Positions 37,178 to 49,676 are shown, counted from the first letter of the stretch. The stretch is DNA of 64,000 nt from Comamonadaceae bacterium (GCA_947447975.1 CANFLU010000004.1:16595-80594), one strand, 5' to 3'. The notes: generated by a model from the letters alone, not told the origin. Made by a program: numbers and translations.

Positions 37178-38652
37178 GCGCACCGCTGATGACTCTGGCC
37201 CAGGTGCAGCAATGGCTGCAAGACGCAAGCGGCGGCCTGCCGATCGCGCTGCATGGCGCGCCTACTACCGGCATTTTGCGCGTACATACCGACAGCCGCA
37301 GCCTGGAGCCCGGTGATTTGTTTGTCGCCCTGCTCGGCGACAACTACGACGCCAATGAATTTTTGCACCAAGCCCAGGAGCGTGGCGCCAGCGCCCTGCT
37401 GTGCCACGGCGGTTTGCCCGCCAACCAGTACCCGCAAGGCCTGCCGCGCATCGAGGTGGCAGACAGTACGCAGGCGCTTGGCCAACTGGCACGAGCCTGG
37501 CGCGCGCGGTTTACGCTACCCCTGATCGCGGTGACCGGCAGCAATGGCAAGACCACGGTCACGCAAATGCTGGCAGCCATTTTGCAGCAGCACGCGCCCG
37601 ATGGCGCAGCGCTGGCCACGCAAGGTAATTTGAACAATGCCATCGGCGTGCCATTGACGTTGCTGCGCCTGCGCGCCACGCACCGTATCGCGGTGCTGGA
37701 ACTGGGCATGAACCATCCGGGCGAAATCGCGCAACTGGCCACCATGGCACAAGCCACCGTGGCACTGGTAAACAACGCGCAGCGTGAACATTTGGAATTT
37801 ATGCACACCGTCGACGCGGTAGCCGCAGAAAACGGCGCCGTGCTGGAAGCGCTACCGGCTAGTGGCTGCGCCGTGTTCGGACTGGACGATACCTATACCG
37901 ACCACTGGATAGGGCAAAACAAGGCACAGCGCATGCTGGGCTTTGCAGCCACACCGGTGCCAGAGGGCGACGGCGTCTTTGGCGAACAAGCGCTGTGGCA
38001 CGACGGCGGCTGGTCCGTGCAGGCACGCTGGCGCCAGGGCGTCGCCTCCGGTGCCTTGCAGTACCGCCTGGCGATTGCCGGTAAGCACAATGTGCGCAAC
38101 TCCTGGGCTGCCGCAGCCTGCGCGCTGGCCGCTGGCGTCAGTCCGGAGGCTATCGCGCGTGGTTTGCAAGCCTTTGAGCCCGTGAAAGGTCGCTCACGCG
38201 CAATGGCGCTTAGCTGGGGCGGACGCCACATCAGTCTGGTCGATGACACCTACAACGCCAATCCCGACTCGGTGCAAGCCGCAATTGACGTGTTGCGCGA
38301 GCTGCCCGCACCGCGGCTTTTGGTGTTGGGCGATATGGGTGAGGTGGGCGACCAGGGCCCCCAATTGCACGCGCAAGCCGGTCGCTATGCGCACAGCCAA
38401 GGCATTGAACACTTGCTGGCCACCGGCAACTTGAGCCGTTCAACCGTTGCAGCATTCACGCATGCCGGTAGCCCCGCACAGCACTGCGCCGACCTCACCG
38501 CTTTGACCCAAGCCGTAGTACAGGCATTACCGCACAGCGCCAGCGTACTGGTTAAAGGCTCGCGCTTTATGCGTATGGAAAAAATTATCGAAGCCTTGCA
38601 GCAACAGGCCAACGCACAACACACGAAAGGGGAGTCTGCACATGCAGCCTGA
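37174..38652 (+). CDS. murF: UDP-N-acetylmuramoyl-tripeptide--D-alanyl-D-alanine ligase
   Basis: Contains VTGSNGKTT and fits the expected dcw order. ATGA overlap with murE. Confidence 0.95.
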   Translation: MSAPLMTLAQVQQWLQDASGGLPIALHGAPTTGILRVHTDSRSLEPGDLFVALLGDNYDANEFLHQAQERGASALLCHGGLPANQYPQGLPRIEVADSTQALGQLARAWRARFTLPLIAVTGSNGKTTVTQMLAAILQQHAPDGAALATQGNLNNAIGVPLTLLRLRATHRIAVLELGMNHPGEIAQLATMAQATVALVNNAQREHLEFMHTVDAVAAENGAVLEALPASGCAVFGLDDTYTDHWIGQNKAQRMLGFAATPVPEGDGVFGEQALWHDGGWSVQARWRQGVASGALQYRLAIAGKHNVRNSWAAAACALAAGVSPEAIARGLQAFEPVKGRSRAMALSWGGRHISLVDDTYNANPDSVQAAIDVLRELPAPRLLVLGDMGEVGDQGPQLHAQAGRYAHSQGIEHLLATGNLSRSTVAAFTHAGSPAQHCADLTALTQAVVQALPHSASVLVKGSRFMRMEKIIEALQQQANAQHTKGESAHAA

Positions 38653-38673
38653 GCACTTGAAAGAGGCCACGAC

Positions 38674-39852
38674 ATGCTGCTAAGCCTGACGCAGTGGCTA
38701 CAAGGTATTTACCCCGAGTGGGGGTTTTTGCGGGTGTTTCAGTACCTGACATTGCGCGCCGTCATGGCCGCTGCCACCGCCTTAGTCATTGGCTTAGCGG
38801 CAGGTCCGGCGGTGATACGGCGCTTACAGTCACTCAAGATCGGCCAACCCATCCGGGGCTACGGCATGGAATCGCACTTAAGCAAAAGCGGCACTCCCAC
38901 CATGGGCGGTGTGCTGATATTGATTGCTATTGCCAGCTCCACTGTGTTGTGGGTGGATCTGTCCAACCGCTTCGTCTGGATCTGCCTGATCGTCACTCTG
39001 GGTTTTGGCGCGATCGGCTGGGTTGACGACTGGCGCAAAGTGGTGAACAAAGACCCCGAAGGTATGCGTTCGCGCGAAAAATATTTATGGCAATCGGTGA
39101 TCGGATTGTTGGCCGCCTTGTGCCTGGTGTTCAGTATTTCGGAAAACTCCAATGGCCGGGTACTGGAATTGTTTGTCAACTGGGTCAGTTCCGGCTTTGA
39201 TGTCAGCCTGCCGCCCAAAGCGGGCCTGCTGCTGCCCTTCTTTAAGCAAGTGAGCTACCCGCTGGGCGTGTTGGGTTTTGTGGTGTTGACCTATTTGGTC
39301 ATCGTGGGCTCTAGCAACGCAGTCAATTTGACCGATGGCCTGGACGGCCTGGCCATCATGCCGGTGGTGATGGTCGGCTCAGCGCTAGGCGTGTTTGCCT
39401 ATGTCACCGGTAGCGTGATTTATTCCAAATACCTGTTTTTGCCGCACATTCCCGGTGCGGGCGAGCTTTTGATTTTTTGCGCCGCGATTGCCGGTGCCGG
39501 CCTGGCGTTTTTATGGTTTAACACGCATCCGGCACAAGTCTTTATGGGCGATGTGGGCGCACTGGCCTTAGGCGGGGCGCTGGGCACCATCGCCGTCATC
39601 GTGCGCCAAGAAATCGTGTTGGCGATGATGGGCGGCGTATTTGTGGCCGAGGCCTTGTCGGTGATGCTGCAAGTGATGTACTTTAAGTACACCCGCAACA
39701 AATACGGCGAAGGACGCCGCCTGTTCCGTATGGCGCCCTTACACCACCATTTTGAAAAGCAGGGTTGGAAGGAAACGCAAGTCGTGGTGCGCTTCTGGAT
39801 CATCACCATGCTGCTGTGCCTGCTTGGCCTGTCTACCCTGAAGCTGAGGTAA
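38674..39852 (+). CDS. mraY: phospho-N-acetylmuramoyl-pentapeptide transferase
   Basis: 392 aa, polytopic, with [13 protein letters not shown] and PLHHHFE. Confidence 0.97.
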   Translation: MLLSLTQWLQGIYPEWGFLRVFQYLTLRAVMAAATALVIGLAAGPAVIRRLQSLKIGQPIRGYGMESHLSKSGTPTMGGVLILIAIASSTVLWVDLSNRFVWICLIVTLGFGAIGWVDDWRKVVNKDPEGMRSREKYLWQSVIGLLAALCLVFSISENSNGRVLELFVNWVSSGFDVSLPPKAGLLLPFFKQVSYPLGVLGFVVLTYLVIVGSSNAVNLTDGLDGLAIMPVVMVGSALGVFAYVTGSVIYSKYLFLPHIPGAGELLIFCAAIAGAGLAFLWFNTHPAQVFMGDVGALALGGALGTIAVIVRQEIVLAMMGGVFVAEALSVMLQVMYFKYTRNKYGEGRRLFRMAPLHHHFEKQGWKETQVVVRFWIITMLLCLLGLSTLKLR

Positions 39853-39856
39853 GCAC

Positions 39857-41374
39857 ATGCACATGCAAGGGCAACAGGTGTTGGTCGTGGGTCTGGGAGC
39901 ATCCGGCCTGGCGATGGCACGCTGGTGCGCGCAAGCCGGCGCGCAGCTTACGGTGCTTGATGACCGCGCTGCGCCGCCCCAAGCCGCCACCCTAGCGCAA
40001 GACCTTCCCCATGCGCGCCTGGTGCATGGTGCCCTGGATGCGCAGGCCTTGGAGCATGGCCCCTTTCAGCGCATTTGCATCAGCCCCGGCTTAGCACCGG
40101 CACGCGTCCGTGCGCTGGTCGATGCCGCCCGTGCACAAGGCCTGTGGGTGGGCAGCGAACTGGGCTTGTTTGCGCAAGCCTTGCGCGGGCTGCAAGAAAC
40201 GCAGGCTTACCAGCCCCAAGTCATTGCGATTACCGGCACCAACGGCAAGACCACGGTCACTGCACTGACAGGCCAACTGGTCGCACGCGCCGGTAAAACC
40301 GTAGCCGTAGCTGGCAATATTGGCCCGACTTTGCTCGACACGCTGGCACACGCAATGAAAGCGGACACCTTGCCGCAGGTCTGGGTACTGGAGTTGTCCA
40401 GCTTTCAGCTGCACTATGCACAGGACTTTGAACCCACCGTGGCGACAGTGCTCAACCTCAGTCAAGACCATCTGGATTGGCACACCGACTTAGCGGACTA
40501 TGCGCGCGCCAAGGCAGGCATCTTTGGTAGCAAGGGCATCATGCTGCTCAACCGCGACGATGCGCAAGTGATGGCCATGCTGCCCGAACCGCAGCGGGCG
40601 AAATTACAAAAACCGGTGCAACGCGCCCACCTGTGCTTTAGCGCACAAACGCCCGCACACGCTGGCGACTACGGTCTGGAAGAAGTCAATGGTGTGGTCT
40701 GGTTGGTGCGGGCAGCGCCCAGCGATGAAACCCTCAAGCGTGGGCGCAATGCGCCCGCAGAGGACTTGTTCTTGCAACGGCTCATGCCCGCCGATGCGCT
40801 GCGCATACGGGGTCGGCATAACGCATGCAATGCCTTGGCTGCCCTAGCGCTGGCCAGTGCCGTAGGCTGTGCGCTGGGTCCGATGTTGTTCGGTCTGCGG
40901 GAATACGGCGGGGAGCCGCACCGGGTGCAATCACTGGGCGTGGTCAATGGGGTCGAATACTTTGACGACAGCAAAGGTACCAACGTCGGTGCCACTGTCG
41001 CCGCCTTGCAGGGCTTAGGGCAGGACCGTGCACTGGTTTTGATTTTGGGTGGCGAAGGCAAGGGGCAGGACTTTTCGCCCCTGGCTGCGCCGGTGCGCGC
41101 CCATGTGCGCGCCGTGCTACTCCTAGGCCGCGACGCTGGGCTGATACGCCAGGCTTTGCAGGACACGGGGGTAGCGCTACACGATGCGGCCTCCATGGAC
41201 GATGCCGTACAGCAGGCGGCCGATTTGGCGCAAGAGGGCGATGCAGTTTTGTTGTCACCGGCCTGCGCCAGCTTTGACATGTTCAAAGACTATGCCCATC
41301 GCGCTGCGATGTTCGCGCAAGCTGTGCAGGCAGTGGCGCTGACGCACGGGCAGATGCTGGAGCTGGCACCATGA
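39857..41374 (+). CDS. murD: UDP-N-acetylmuramoylalanine--D-glutamate ligase
   Basis: Contains [17 protein letters not shown] and DDSKGTN. At 505 aa it is longer than E. coli MurD because of an insert around 40560-40790. Confidence 0.93.
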   Translation: MHMQGQQVLVVGLGASGLAMARWCAQAGAQLTVLDDRAAPPQAATLAQDLPHARLVHGALDAQALEHGPFQRICISPGLAPARVRALVDAARAQGLWVGSELGLFAQALRGLQETQAYQPQVIAITGTNGKTTVTALTGQLVARAGKTVAVAGNIGPTLLDTLAHAMKADTLPQVWVLELSSFQLHYAQDFEPTVATVLNLSQDHLDWHTDLADYARAKAGIFGSKGIMLLNRDDAQVMAMLPEPQRAKLQKPVQRAHLCFSAQTPAHAGDYGLEEVNGVVWLVRAAPSDETLKRGRNAPAEDLFLQRLMPADALRIRGRHNACNALAALALASAVGCALGPMLFGLREYGGEPHRVQSLGVVNGVEYFDDSKGTNVGATVAALQGLGQDRALVLILGGEGKGQDFSPLAAPVRAHVRAVLLLGRDAGLIRQALQDTGVALHDAASMDDAVQQAADLAQEGDAVLLSPACASFDMFKDYAHRAAMFAQAVQAVALTHGQMLELAP

Positions 41375-42627
41375 ACATCGCAGCGGATCTGTGGAGCCGT
41401 TGGGGTCTGGGCAAATCAGACCCAGAGAACGCCGCGCTACCGGTGCGCCTGGGCCGTCGGGCCAACTACGCCAGCACGCAAAGCAGCAGCCGGGTGAGCA
41501 GCCTGGACCACGCCTTGGTCGCCGTGGTGTCCACGCTATTGGTCTGGGGCGCCATCATGGTGTATTCAGCCACCATCGCCATGCCTGACAACCCGAAGTT
41601 TGTAGGCTACACGCATAACTACTTTTTGATTCGCCATCTAGCCTCTATTGCCATGGGCTTAGTGGCCTGCTTGATCGCCTTCCAAGTGCCTGTGCAGACC
41701 TGGGAAAAGATGGCACCCATGTTATTTATGGCGTCGCTGGTATTGCTCGTGGCGGTGTTAATTCCGCACATCGGCAAAGGCGTCAACGGCGCGCGGCGCT
41801 GGATCTCGCTTGGGGTTACCAATTTCCAACCCTCAGAGCTTGCTAAGTTCTCTGCGGTGGTCTATGCCTCGGGCTACATGGTGCGCAAAATGGAAGTTAA
41901 GGAAGACTTTTTACGCGCGGTCTGGCCCATGGCCGCGGCGGTGGGTGTCATGGGTATTTTGTTACTGGCCGAACCCGATATGGGCGCCTTCCTCGTGATT
42001 GCCATCATCGCCATGGGAATTTTGTTTTTAGGTGGAGTCAATGCACGCATGTTTTTCTTGATTTCGGGCGTGTTGGTCGGTGCCTTTGCGCTGATGATTG
42101 CATTTAACGATTACCGCCGCGCACGCATATTTGCCTATTTAGATCCGTGGAGTGAACATAACGCGCTGGCCAAGGGCTACCAATTGACGCATTCACTCAT
42201 TGCGCTGGGGCGAGGCGAAATTTTTGGCGTAGGTTTAGGCGGCAGTGTGGAGAAATTACATTGGCTGCCTGAAGCGCATACCGATTTTCTGGTGGCCGTA
42301 ATCGGCGAAGAGTTTGGCCTAATTGGCGTGCTGGCGCTGATCGTTTTGTTCTTGTGGATGACGCGGCGCATCATTCATATCGGCCGCCAGGCCGTAGCGC
42401 TGGAGCGGGTGTTTGCCGGCCTGGTAGCGCAGGGGGTCGGTATCTGGATGGGCTTTCAGGGCTTTATCAACATGGGGGTGAACCTGGGCGCGTTGCCCAC
42501 CAAGGGACTGACGCTGCCACTGATGAGCTACGGCGGTTCGGCAATTCTCGTCAACTTGGTCGCGCTGTCATTGGTGCTGCGTATTGATTACGAAAACCGC
42601 AAGCTGATGCAAGGAGTACCGGCATGA
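41371..42627 (+). CDS. ftsW: cell division peptidoglycan polymerase FtsW (SEDS)
   Basis: SEDS family ([24 protein letters not shown]) in the dcw position. Confidence 0.95.
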   Translation: MNIAADLWSRWGLGKSDPENAALPVRLGRRANYASTQSSSRVSSLDHALVAVVSTLLVWGAIMVYSATIAMPDNPKFVGYTHNYFLIRHLASIAMGLVACLIAFQVPVQTWEKMAPMLFMASLVLLVAVLIPHIGKGVNGARRWISLGVTNFQPSELAKFSAVVYASGYMVRKMEVKEDFLRAVWPMAAAVGVMGILLLAEPDMGAFLVIAIIAMGILFLGGVNARMFFLISGVLVGAFALMIAFNDYRRARIFAYLDPWSEHNALAKGYQLTHSLIALGRGEIFGVGLGGSVEKLHWLPEAHTDFLVAVIGEEFGLIGVLALIVLFLWMTRRIIHIGRQAVALERVFAGLVAQGVGIWMGFQGFINMGVNLGALPTKGLTLPLMSYGGSAILVNLVALSLVLRIDYENRKLMQGVPA

Positions 42628-43706
42628 TGGCCGCATCTGCTAAGCGGGCGCCTTGCGCCCTCGTGATGGCCGGAGGCACGGGCGGGCACATTTTCCCGGG
42701 TCTGGCCATAGCGCAAGCCTTGCGCGACAAAGGCTGGCGCGTGCATTGGCTGGGCGCACCAGGCAGCATGGAAAGTCGCCTGGTGCCTCCACGCGGCTTT
42801 GCCTTGGAAACCATTGCGTTTTCCGGTGTACGGGGCAAAGGCCTGGCCAGTCTTCTGTGGCTACCGCTGCGCCTGCTGCGTGCTTGCTGGCAAAGCCTGG
42901 CAGTACTGGGCCGGGTACAGCCCGATGTGGTTTTGGGCTTTGGCGGTTACATCAGCCTGCCTGGCGGTTTGATGAGCGCGATCAAACGCATACCCCTGAT
43001 AGTGCATGAGCAAAACTCGGTAGCCGGGGCTGCCAACAACGTATTGGCGCGCGTGGCACGCCGCGCATTCAGTGCCTTTCCCCATGCGCTGCGTACAGCG
43101 CAGCATGTGGGCAACCCTTTGCGCGCCGAGTTTCTGGTGCAAGACCCACCAGTGCAACGCTTCGCGGGGCGCAGCGGGCCTATGCAGATTTTGGTGCTGG
43201 GCGGAAGCTTGGGGGCCAGCGCGCTCAATCGCATCGTGCCGCAAGCGCTGGCTTTATTGCCTGATGGCGCGCGCCCCGACCTCATTCACCAAAGTGGCGA
43301 GCAGCATATCGATGCGCTGCGCACCCACTATGCGCAAGCCGGTGTGCAAGCCACGCTGGTGCCCTTTATCGACGATACCGCCAGCGCCATGGCGCGGGCC
43401 GATCTGGTCATTTGCCGCGCCGGCGCCAGCACCGTCACTGAAATTGCGGCGGTGGGCGCAGCGGCCTTGTTCATTCCCTTCCCCGCAGCGGTGGATGACC
43501 ACCAAACACACAACGCGCGCTTTCTGGCAGACCAAGGCGCAGCCTTCTTGATGTCCCAAAACAGCTTGACGCCCGAAGGCCTGGCCCAGTGGCTGCAAGC
43601 CTGCGACCGGGCCACTTTGCTGCGCACTGCGCAAGCCGCGAAAGCCCTGCAAAACCTGGCAGCCACCACGGCCATGGTGCAGGCCTGCGAGGAGGTCCTG
43701 GTATGA
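42624..43706 (+). CDS. murG: UDP-N-acetylglucosamine--N-acetylmuramyl-(pentapeptide) pyrophosphoryl-undecaprenol GlcNAc transferase
   Basis: Contains [24 protein letters not shown] and the GT28 fold. Confidence 0.96.
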   Translation: MMAASAKRAPCALVMAGGTGGHIFPGLAIAQALRDKGWRVHWLGAPGSMESRLVPPRGFALETIAFSGVRGKGLASLLWLPLRLLRACWQSLAVLGRVQPDVVLGFGGYISLPGGLMSAIKRIPLIVHEQNSVAGAANNVLARVARRAFSAFPHALRTAQHVGNPLRAEFLVQDPPVQRFAGRSGPMQILVLGGSLGASALNRIVPQALALLPDGARPDLIHQSGEQHIDALRTHYAQAGVQATLVPFIDDTASAMARADLVICRAGASTVTEIAAVGAAALFIPFPAAVDDHQTHNARFLADQGAAFLMSQNSLTPEGLAQWLQACDRATLLRTAQAAKALQNLAATTAMVQACEEVLV

Positions 43707-45127
43707 AGCACGCGGTACGCCATATTCACTTTGTCGGCATCGGCGGCTCGGGCATGTCGGGCATTGCCGAAATTTTGCACAACTTGGGCTATCGCATCAG
43801 TGGCTCAGACCTGAGCGACAGCGCTGCGCTGCAACGCCTGAACTCTTTGGGTATTCGCACTTTTGTCGGCCACCATACCGACCATGTGGCAGGTGCCGAC
43901 GCGGTGGTGACCTCCACCGCCGTGCAAGCGACCAACCCCGAAGTGCTGCAAGCGCGCGCCATGCATATCCCGGTGGTACCACGGGCGCTGATGTTGGCCG
44001 AGCTGATGCGCCTCAAGCAAGGCATCGCGATAGCCGGTACCCACGGCAAAACTACCACCACCAGCCTGGTAGCCAGCGTGCTGGCCGAAGCCGGGCTGGA
44101 CCCGACTTTTGTCATCGGCGGACGCCTCAACAGCGCCGGTGCCAATGCGCGCCTGGGCCAGGGCGATTACATCGTGGTCGAGGCCGACGAGTCCGACGCG
44201 TCATTCCTCAACTTGCTGCCGGTGATGGCCGTGGTCACGAATATCGACGCCGACCACATGGAAACCTATGGGCACGACTTTGGTCGCTTGCAGCAAGCCT
44301 TTGTCGACTTCCTGCACCGCATGCCCTTTTATGGCACGGCCGTTCTGTGCACCGATGATGCCGCAGTGCGCGCCATCGTGGAGCAGGTGACTTGCCCGGT
44401 TACCAGTTATGGCACCAACCCCGATGCGCAAGTGCGCGCAACCGACATCCGAGCAGCGAATGGGCAAATGCAATTCCGAGTGCAAAGGCGCAACGGTGTC
44501 ACCTTGCCGGATCTCGACATTGTGCTGAACCTGCCAGGCCACCACAACGTGCTCAATGCGCTCTCGGCTATCGCCATCGCGGTAGAACTCAACATCCCCG
44601 ACGCGGCGGTGCAAAAAGCGCTGCGCGAATTCAAAGGCGTGGGCCGGCGCTTTCAGCGCTATGGCGACCACGCCCTGCCCGTCGGCGGCAGTGTGACGGT
44701 GGTAGACGATTACGGCCACCATCCAGTAGAAATGGCCGCAACGCTAGAAGCAGCGCGTGGCGCATTCCCCGGTCGGCGTTTGGTGCTGGCCTTCCAACCA
44801 CACCGCTTTACCCGCACCCGCGACTGTTTTGAAGACTTTGTCAAAGTCATGGGCTTGGCCGATGTGGTCTTACTAGCCGAGGTGTATTCCGCAGGCGAAG
44901 CGCCGATCGTGGCCGCCGACAGCCGCGCTCTGGCGCGCGCCATGCGCGTACGCGGTAATACCGACCCGGTGTTTATCGACGCCATCGGCGATATGGCCGC
45001 TGCCGCACTGCGCAACGCGCAAGACGGCGATGTGCTGTTGTGCATGGGTGCGGGCTCTATCAGCGCGGTACCCGGACAGATCGTGGCACTGTTGCAGCGC
45101 AAGCACACGCAGGAGGCCAGCGCATGA
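43703..45127 (+). CDS. murC: UDP-N-acetylmuramate--L-alanine ligase
   Basis: [25 protein letters not shown] and [13 protein letters not shown] 43703 overlaps the murG stop as ATGA. The ORF-track start 43589 lies inside murG. Confidence 0.96.
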   Translation: MKHAVRHIHFVGIGGSGMSGIAEILHNLGYRISGSDLSDSAALQRLNSLGIRTFVGHHTDHVAGADAVVTSTAVQATNPEVLQARAMHIPVVPRALMLAELMRLKQGIAIAGTHGKTTTTSLVASVLAEAGLDPTFVIGGRLNSAGANARLGQGDYIVVEADESDASFLNLLPVMAVVTNIDADHMETYGHDFGRLQQAFVDFLHRMPFYGTAVLCTDDAAVRAIVEQVTCPVTSYGTNPDAQVRATDIRAANGQMQFRVQRRNGVTLPDLDIVLNLPGHHNVLNALSAIAIAVELNIPDAAVQKALREFKGVGRRFQRYGDHALPVGGSVTVVDDYGHHPVEMAATLEAARGAFPGRRLVLAFQPHRFTRTRDCFEDFVKVMGLADVVLLAEVYSAGEAPIVAADSRALARAMRVRGNTDPVFIDAIGDMAAAALRNAQDGDVLLCMGAGSISAVPGQIVALLQRKHTQEASA

Positions 45128-46116
45128 GCACGACGCGTTCCTTGCAGTCAAGTGCGATGGGCAAAGTCGCTGTATTGATGGGCGGCAGCTCGGCAGAGCG
45201 GGACATCTCTTTGCTATCGGGCCAAGGCGTACTGGCGGCCTTGCTATCACGCGGCGTCAACGCCCATGCGTTTGACCCGCAGCAGCGTTCGCTGTGGGAG
45301 CTTAAGGACCAGGGATTTAGCCGCTGCTTCATCGCCCTGCATGGCCGCCATGGCGAGGACGGTACGGTGCAAGGCGCGCTGGAGTTGATGGGTATTCCCT
45401 ATACCGGCTCGGGTGTAATGGCATCGAGCATCGCAGTGGACAAGGTTATGACCAAGCGCATTTGGTTGGCACAAGGTCTGGCCACACCCGCTTACCAGGT
45501 GCTCGGCCCGCAAGCACAAAACGATGCGCAAGCGCTGCAGGCGCTGGCTGGCGAACTGGGACTACCCTTCATCGTCAAGCCTCCCCACGAGGGCTCTTCC
45601 ATCGGCGTGACCAAGGTGAGTGATGCGGTACAAACCCAGGATGCCGTAAGCCTTGCGGCGCGCTTTGACCGCGATGTCTTATGCGAAGCATTTATCGACG
45701 GCCAGGAATTGACCTGCCCGGTGATTGGCAGTGGCGCGGATGCCCGAGCACTGCCCATCGTGCGAATCGAGGCGCCAGAGGGCGCTTACGATTACCAGAA
45801 CAAATACTTCACTGACGTGGTGCGCTACCACTGCCCCAGCGGTCTGCCGCCAGCGCAGGAACAAAGCATCCAGACCATGGTGTTGGCTGCCTACCGCGCG
45901 CTGGGGTGCCGAGGCTGGGGGCGCGCCGATTTAATGCTTAGCGCCCAAAGCGACCAGGCTTATTTACTAGAAATGAACACCTCGCCGGGCATGACTAGCC
46001 ATTCACTGGTGCCTATGTCCGCACGCGCAGCCGGTATTTCGTATGAAGACCTGTGCCTGCAATTGCTGGCCGATGCTGCGCTGGACGCTGACTGTACGAA
46101 AGGGCGGGCAGCATGA
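45124..46116 (+). CDS. ddl: D-alanine--D-alanine ligase
   Basis: Contains [32 protein letters not shown] and [12 protein letters not shown] 45124 overlaps the murC stop as ATGA. Confidence 0.95.
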   Translation: MSTTRSLQSSAMGKVAVLMGGSSAERDISLLSGQGVLAALLSRGVNAHAFDPQQRSLWELKDQGFSRCFIALHGRHGEDGTVQGALELMGIPYTGSGVMASSIAVDKVMTKRIWLAQGLATPAYQVLGPQAQNDAQALQALAGELGLPFIVKPPHEGSSIGVTKVSDAVQTQDAVSLAARFDRDVLCEAFIDGQELTCPVIGSGADARALPIVRIEAPEGAYDYQNKYFTDVVRYHCPSGLPPAQEQSIQTMVLAAYRALGCRGWGRADLMLSAQSDQAYLLEMNTSPGMTSHSLVPMSARAAGISYEDLCLQLLADAALDADCTKGRAA

Positions 46117-46904
46117 AGCGCAGCGAAACACCCTCTGGGTTGGATGTACGCCTGATGAACGCGGCGGCTGTGGTGTTGTTTGTCGTCTTTGTGCTGGCTT
46201 GCGCGCTGGCGCTCACGCGCTGGATCGCATCCAACAAAGTGTTTGCATTTCAAGGCATCACCGTGATTGGTGATGTCAGCCACTGCAATACCGCCACCGT
46301 GCGCGCGCATGTCGTCTCGCGCGTGAAGGGCACGTTCTTCAGCATGGACTTAGGCAGTACCCGCGACGCCTTTGAAGCGATTCCCTGGGTTCGTAAAGCG
46401 GTGGTGCACCGCGACTTTCCCAACCACTTACGCGTCAAGTTGCAAGAGCATCAAGTAGTGGCCTATTGGGGCGACGATAGTGAGCAGCGCCTGCTCAATA
46501 GTTACGGCGAAGTTTTTGATGCCAATGCCGGTGAAGTGGAGCAATACAACCTACCGCGGCTCAATGGCCCACCAAGCCAGAGCGCAGGGGTGCTGGCCGC
46601 TTACCGCCTGATTGAGCCCCAGTTTTCGGCGCTGAACCTGACGATCGAAACCCTGGAGCTGAGCGTGCAAGGCAGCTGGCGCATTGCGCTGGTTGGTGGC
46701 GCCCTCATCGAAGCCGGTCGCGGAGACGGCGAAGCACTGGCCCATCGGACCCAAGCGTTTTTGAAAACGCTCTCGCGGGTAGTAGCCCGCTACAGCCGGC
46801 CGCTGGGCGCGCTCGAAACGGCCGATTTGCGACATGAAAACGGCTATGCCATCCGCTTGCGTGGCGTCAGCACGCTGGCGGCGGCGAACGCCCCCACCCC
46901 ATGA
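46113..46904 (+). CDS. ftsQ: cell division protein FtsQ
   Basis: 263 aa with a single TM and a POTRA-like region. Sits between ddl and ftsA. Confidence 0.9.
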   Translation: MKRSETPSGLDVRLMNAAAVVLFVVFVLACALALTRWIASNKVFAFQGITVIGDVSHCNTATVRAHVVSRVKGTFFSMDLGSTRDAFEAIPWVRKAVVHRDFPNHLRVKLQEHQVVAYWGDDSEQRLLNSYGEVFDANAGEVEQYNLPRLNGPPSQSAGVLAAYRLIEPQFSALNLTIETLELSVQGSWRIALVGGALIEAGRGDGEALAHRTQAFLKTLSRVVARYSRPLGALETADLRHENGYAIRLRGVSTLAAANAPTP

Positions 46905-46929
46905 TGAACAACACAACAGGTAACTAGCT

Positions 46930-48159
46930 ATGGCCCGAGAATACAAAGACTTAGTCGTTGGACTGGACATCGGAACCGCCAAAGTGATGGCGGTCGTGGC
47001 CGAGGTGCTACCCGATGGCAGCTTGCGCTTGGCAGGGTTTGGCTCTGCCCCCAGCAGCGGCCTCAAACGTGGTGTGGTGGTCAATATTGATGCCACGGTC
47101 CACAGCATTCAGCAAGCGCTCAAAGAAGCCGAATTGATGGCCGATTGCAAAATTACCCGGGTCTACACGGGCATCACCGGCAGCCACATACGTGGCCTCA
47201 ATTCCAGCGGCATGGTTGCGATCAAAGACCGGGAAGTGAGCCAGGCCGATGTCACGCGCGTGGTGGAAACGGCCAAGGCTATCCACATCTCCAGCGACCA
47301 ACGCTTGCTGCTGGTCGAACCGCAGGAGTTTGTGATCGACGGCCAGGATGTGAAGGAACCGATTGGCATGAGCGGCATGCGCCTCGAAGCCAAGGTGCAT
47401 ATCGTGACCGGTGCGCAAAGTGCCGCAGAAAACATCATCAAATGCGTACGCCGCTGCGGGCTAGAGGTCGAGCAACTCATGCTCAACCCCCTGGCCTCAA
47501 GCCTTTCCGTGTTGACCGAAGATGAGCGCGAACTCGGTGTGGCCTTGGTAGATATCGGCGCTGGCACCACCGACATTGCCATCTTCACCAATGGTGCTAT
47601 CCGCCACACGGCGGTGATCCCGATTGCAGGCGATCTAATTACCAGCGACATCGCCATGGCGCTGCGCACTCCGACCAAAGACGCCGAAGACATCAAGGTT
47701 GAAAGCGGTCACGCCAAGCAAGTGCTGGTGGATCCGGAGGTGCAGGTAGAAGTACCCGGCTTAGGCGACCGTGGCCCGCGCATGCTCAGCCGCCAGGCCT
47801 TGGCCGGCGTGATCGAGCCGCGCATCGAAGAAATATTTACGCTGGTCAACCAAGTCATGCGCGAGTCCGGCTACGAAGAAGTGCTGTCCTCGGGCATTGT
47901 GCTCACCGGTGGCAGTTGCCTAATGCCAGGCATGGTGGAGCTAGGCGAAGACATTTTCCTCAAGCCGGTGCGCCGGGGCATTCCCCAGTACGCCAACGCC
48001 CTGTCCGACATGGTGGCGCAGCCCCGCGCCGCGACCGTGATGGGCTTTTTAGAAGAGGCCCGCATCGCGCGCATGCGCGGTATCAAAGTAGCCCAAAAAG
48101 GCGGCAGCGTGAAGAGCGCATTTGCCCAGATTCGTGATTTTTTTGCAGGAACTTTCTAA
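46930..48159 (+). CDS. ftsA: cell division protein FtsA
   Basis: Actin-like fold (VVGLDIGTAKV, DIGAGTTDIA). Confidence 0.97.
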   Translation: MAREYKDLVVGLDIGTAKVMAVVAEVLPDGSLRLAGFGSAPSSGLKRGVVVNIDATVHSIQQALKEAELMADCKITRVYTGITGSHIRGLNSSGMVAIKDREVSQADVTRVVETAKAIHISSDQRLLLVEPQEFVIDGQDVKEPIGMSGMRLEAKVHIVTGAQSAAENIIKCVRRCGLEVEQLMLNPLASSLSVLTEDERELGVALVDIGAGTTDIAIFTNGAIRHTAVIPIAGDLITSDIAMALRTPTKDAEDIKVESGHAKQVLVDPEVQVEVPGLGDRGPRMLSRQALAGVIEPRIEEIFTLVNQVMRESGYEEVLSSGIVLTGGSCLMPGMVELGEDIFLKPVRRGIPQYANALSDMVAQPRAATVMGFLEEARIARMRGIKVAQKGGSVKSAFAQIRDFFAGTF

Positions 48160-48313
48160 ATGAAGACCTCCCCACTCGCGCGCCGCCGTCGTTGGTACCA
48201 CAGCGCTTCGCTCTACCTGTGGATGGCGCGCGCCGGGCCGCCGCCCGACCCTGTTTGTTTCCCTGTCCCTTTCTCTTTTTTTCGTTTCGCCACATCTACA
48301 TTAGGAGCCGCAC

Positions 48314-49603
48314 ATGACTATTGAACTCATCGAAGAAGAAATCTTCAACCAGGGAACCCTTATCAAAGTCATTGGCGTGGGCGGCGGCGGCGGCAACGCG
48401 GTCGAGTACATGATCCAGTCCCATGTGACCGGCGTGGAATTCATTTGCGCCAACACCGATGCGCAGGCACTGAACCGCAGCACCGCGCACCGCACGATTC
48501 AGCTCGGCGAAACCGGCCTGGGTGCGGGCAGCCGCCCGCACAAAGGACGCGCTGCGGCAGAGTTGGCAGAAGCAGATATTCGCAACGCCATCGAAGGCGC
48601 CAATATGCTGTTTATCACCGCCGGCATGGGCGGCGGCACCGGCACCGGTGCGGCCCCCATCATCGCGCGGGTGGCCAAAGAAATGGGCATCCTCACGGTA
48701 GGCGTGGTGACCAAGCCATTTGAGTTTGAAGGTGGCCCGCGCATGAAAAACGCCGACGAAGGCCTGGCCGAATTGGAAGCCAATGTCGATTCGCTGATCG
48801 TGGTGCTCAACGAAAAACTGCTGGAAGTGCTGGGCGACGATATCAGCCAGGACGAAGCTTTTGCCTATGCCAACGATGTGTTGAAAAACGCCGTCGGCGG
48901 TATTGCCGAGATCATCAATGTGCCCGGCCATGTGAACGTCGACTTTGAAGACGTACGCACCGTGATGGGCGAGCCTGGCAAAGCCATGATGGGCACCGCC
49001 CTGGCCAAAGGCCCGGACCGCGCACGCATTGCTGCTGAACAAGCCGTGGCCTGCCCGCTGCTCGAAGGCATAGACCTCTCTGGCGCCAAAGGCGTGTTGG
49101 TGCTGATCACTGCGGCCAAAGGCTCGCTGAAATTGAGCGAGTCCAAGCTGGCGATGAACACCATCCGCGCCTACGCCTCGCCCGAAGCGCATGTCATTTA
49201 CGGTACCGCTTACGATGATTCGCTGGGCGAAGACGTGCGCGTCACTGTGGTGGCCACCGGCCTGAGCCGTCCACGTCGCACCGCCCCTCCGCTGCAAGTG
49301 CTGCGCACCGGCACTTACGATGCGGCGCCCGCGCCCATGGCCAACACCCATGCGGCTATGTCGGCGGGCACCATGCAACGCAGTATGGGCAACACTACCA
49401 TGGCGTCAGCATCTGGCATGGGTGGTAGCGCCGGTATCAGCGCTCCAGCACAAGCGGGCTCCTCCACCGACTACGGCACGCTCAGCACACCGGCAGTCTG
49501 GCGCGGCAGCCGCACGACGGCTGCACAAAAAGTCGATGCCCTGTCGAGCGGCGGCATGGATGACTACGAAATCCCGGCCTTCCTGCGCAAGCAGGCGGAT
49601 TGA
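48314..49603 (+). CDS. ftsZ: cell division GTPase FtsZ
   Basis: Tubulin signature GGGTGTGAAP and the C-terminal peptide DDYEIPAFLRKQAD. SD is TAGGAG. Confidence 0.98.
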   Translation: MTIELIEEEIFNQGTLIKVIGVGGGGGNAVEYMIQSHVTGVEFICANTDAQALNRSTAHRTIQLGETGLGAGSRPHKGRAAAELAEADIRNAIEGANMLFITAGMGGGTGTGAAPIIARVAKEMGILTVGVVTKPFEFEGGPRMKNADEGLAELEANVDSLIVVLNEKLLEVLGDDISQDEAFAYANDVLKNAVGGIAEIINVPGHVNVDFEDVRTVMGEPGKAMMGTALAKGPDRARIAAEQAVACPLLEGIDLSGAKGVLVLITAAKGSLKLSESKLAMNTIRAYASPEAHVIYGTAYDDSLGEDVRVTVVATGLSRPRRTAPPLQVLRTGTYDAAPAPMANTHAAMSAGTMQRSMGNTTMASASGMGGSAGISAPAQAGSSTDYGTLSTPAVWRGSRTTAAQKVDALSSGGMDDYEIPAFLRKQAD

Positions 49604-49676
49604 TATTTCGCGCGACCATCCGCCTAGGTAATGTAAAGCGGGCCGGCCCGGGCGTATAGCCCTACCGGCCAGCTTT

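Noticed and set aside
39857-41374. The unusually long MurD (505 aa), considered as a possible fusion or novel domain.
   Set aside because: The extra length is spread as loop insertions within the normal Mur ligase domain order, with all motifs in place. It is probably a lineage-typical expansion.
48160-48333. 57-codon ORF (MKTSPLARRRRWYHSASLYLWMARAG...) starting right after the ftsA stop and running into ftsZ.
   Set aside because: It has no SD, is Arg/Pro-rich, and overlaps the ftsZ SD and start. It is most likely fortuitous.
48296-49378. 360-aa minus-strand ORF antisense to ftsZ. Many similar long ORFs lie opposite real genes, for example 2251-2781, 30223-31023, 55957-56790, 62561-63478, 40669-41286 and 17321-18001.
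   Set aside because: High-GC genomes generate long stop-free antisense frames. The products are Arg/Gly/Ala/His-rich with no recognisable motifs. In each case the opposite strand encodes an unmistakable conserved protein.
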